A DNA stretch of 61,848 bases, filler included. It is 4 parts of 4 records of this genome, joined end to end, with 100 filler letters (N's around TTAATTAATTAA, not from the genome) between each part and the next. Parts side by side here need not be neighbours in the genome. Positions count along the whole stretch, not along the records: positions 52,356 to 61,848 come from SRR20825006_610; 3 more parts are not named here. One strand, written 5' to 3'. The stretch's first letter is position 1, and each line of letters begins with the position of its first letter. Of the stretch, positions 61,072-61,848 are shown piece by piece. Below the pieces are notes generated by a model that was not told where the DNA came from, did not search any database, and was given only the letters and a program-made list of their open reading frames with translations. The position numbers were made by a program, and so were the translations under genes.

Positions 61072-61848
61072 TGACGCTCTTTCTATTGCCGAATCCGTGC
61101 TGTTGGCTCCGGCCAATCTGCACACCCCGCAACTGGCGTCACTGCTGAATGGCAAACTGACCGGGCAGGCGGATTACGCCGATATCTATTTTCAGCACAG
61201 CCGCCATGAGGCCTGGGTGCTGGAGGATGGCATTGTTCGTGATGCCAGTTTCAATACCGAGCGCGGCGCCGGTGTGCGTATCGTTCAGGGCGACAAGACA
61301 GGCTTTGCTTACAGCGACGATATCACCCTGGCGGCATTGCACCAGGCCAGCGGCGCCGCGCGGGCGATTACCCGGCAAGGCCAGGATCGGCAGATCCAAC
61401 TGGCCAGCCGCGCCGCCACCGCCCGTTACACCGCCATTGATCCCCTGCTGGGCTGGCCCGCCCAGGAAAAAGTCGCACTGTTGCAGCGTATTGATGCCAT
61501 GGCCCGCTCCCTGGACCCGGCCATTGTGGAAGTCACCGCCAGCCTCAGTGCCGAACAGGATGTGGTGATGGTGGTGGCCAGTGATGGCACCCTGGCGGCG
61601 GATGTGCGCCCGTTGATTCGCTGCAATGTGAGTGTAATTGCCGAGCGTGCCGGTCGCCGGGAGCGTGGCAGTGCAGGCGGTGGTGGCCGTGTGGCCTATG
61701 ACTGGCTGCTGCAGGAAGAGCGCATCGAAACCTGGACCCGCGAAGCGGTTCGCGGTGCCTTGCTGAATCTGGAGGCCGAAGCGGCGCCGGCTGGGACCAT
61801 GCCGGTGGTACTGGGCCCCGGCTGGCCCGGCGTGCTGTTGCATGAAGC
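61058..61848 (+). CDS. tldD: Metalloprotease TldD, truncated by the window end
   Basis: DYADIYFQ...W.LEDGIV, GDKTGFAYSDDI, ADVRPL, VVLGPGWPGVLLHEA. Confidence 0.95.
   Translation, partial: MTQTDDALSIAESVLLAPANLHTPQLASLLNGKLTGQADYADIYFQHSRHEAWVLEDGIVRDASFNTERGAGVRIVQGDKTGFAYSDDITLAALHQASGAARAITRQGQDRQIQLASRAATARYTAIDPLLGWPAQEKVALLQRIDAMARSLDPAIVEVTASLSAEQDVVMVVASDGTLAADVRPLIRCNVSVIAERAGRRERGSAGGGGRVAYDWLLQEERIETWTREAVRGALLNLEAEAAPAGTMPVVLGPGWPGVLLHE

Overview
The window is not one chromosome. It is four unrelated contigs joined by artificial 100-bp spacers (N44-TTAATTAATTAA-N44) at 14915-15014, 23892-23991 and 52256-52355; taxon calls below are inferred from gene content and protein style. 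(1) 1-14914, Rhodobacteraceae-like: hemP, a two-adaptor RND efflux operon with TetR, a GntR-linked PotABCD-like ABC importer with a hydantoin/allantoin-racemase-family gene, GNAT, HAD, and the start of a smo-type polyol uptake locus. (2) 15015-23891, Hyphomicrobiales (Devosia-like): purD, patatin, an XRE operon, a tadA-like deaminase, DMT, a membrane alpha/beta-hydrolase, and a two-gene type I CBASS anti-phage system (clade-E CD-NTase plus Cap15). The CD-NTase has di-pyrimidine signature motifs and an unusual N-terminal extension, and the pair is bracketed by degenerate repeats. (3) 23992-52255, methylotrophic gammaproteobacterium (Methylophaga-like): gyrB, ndh, an H4MPT/methylofuran biosynthesis cluster (dmrB, orf20, DUF447, mfnB-like), metE/metR, the envC-gpmI/secB-gpsA region, folM/folK/folB, plsY, a 181-bp fold-back MITE-like element that contains the stop codons of both plsY and tsaD, and rpsU-yqeY-dnaG-rpoD. 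(4) 52356-61848, Alcanivorax-like: gatCA, mreBCD-maf-yhdP-nitrilase-tldD with no rng. The best leads are the CBASS cassette and its flanks, the duplicated basic Cys-containing tail of Orf20, and the MITE. I cannot demonstrate a wholly new system from the sequence alone.
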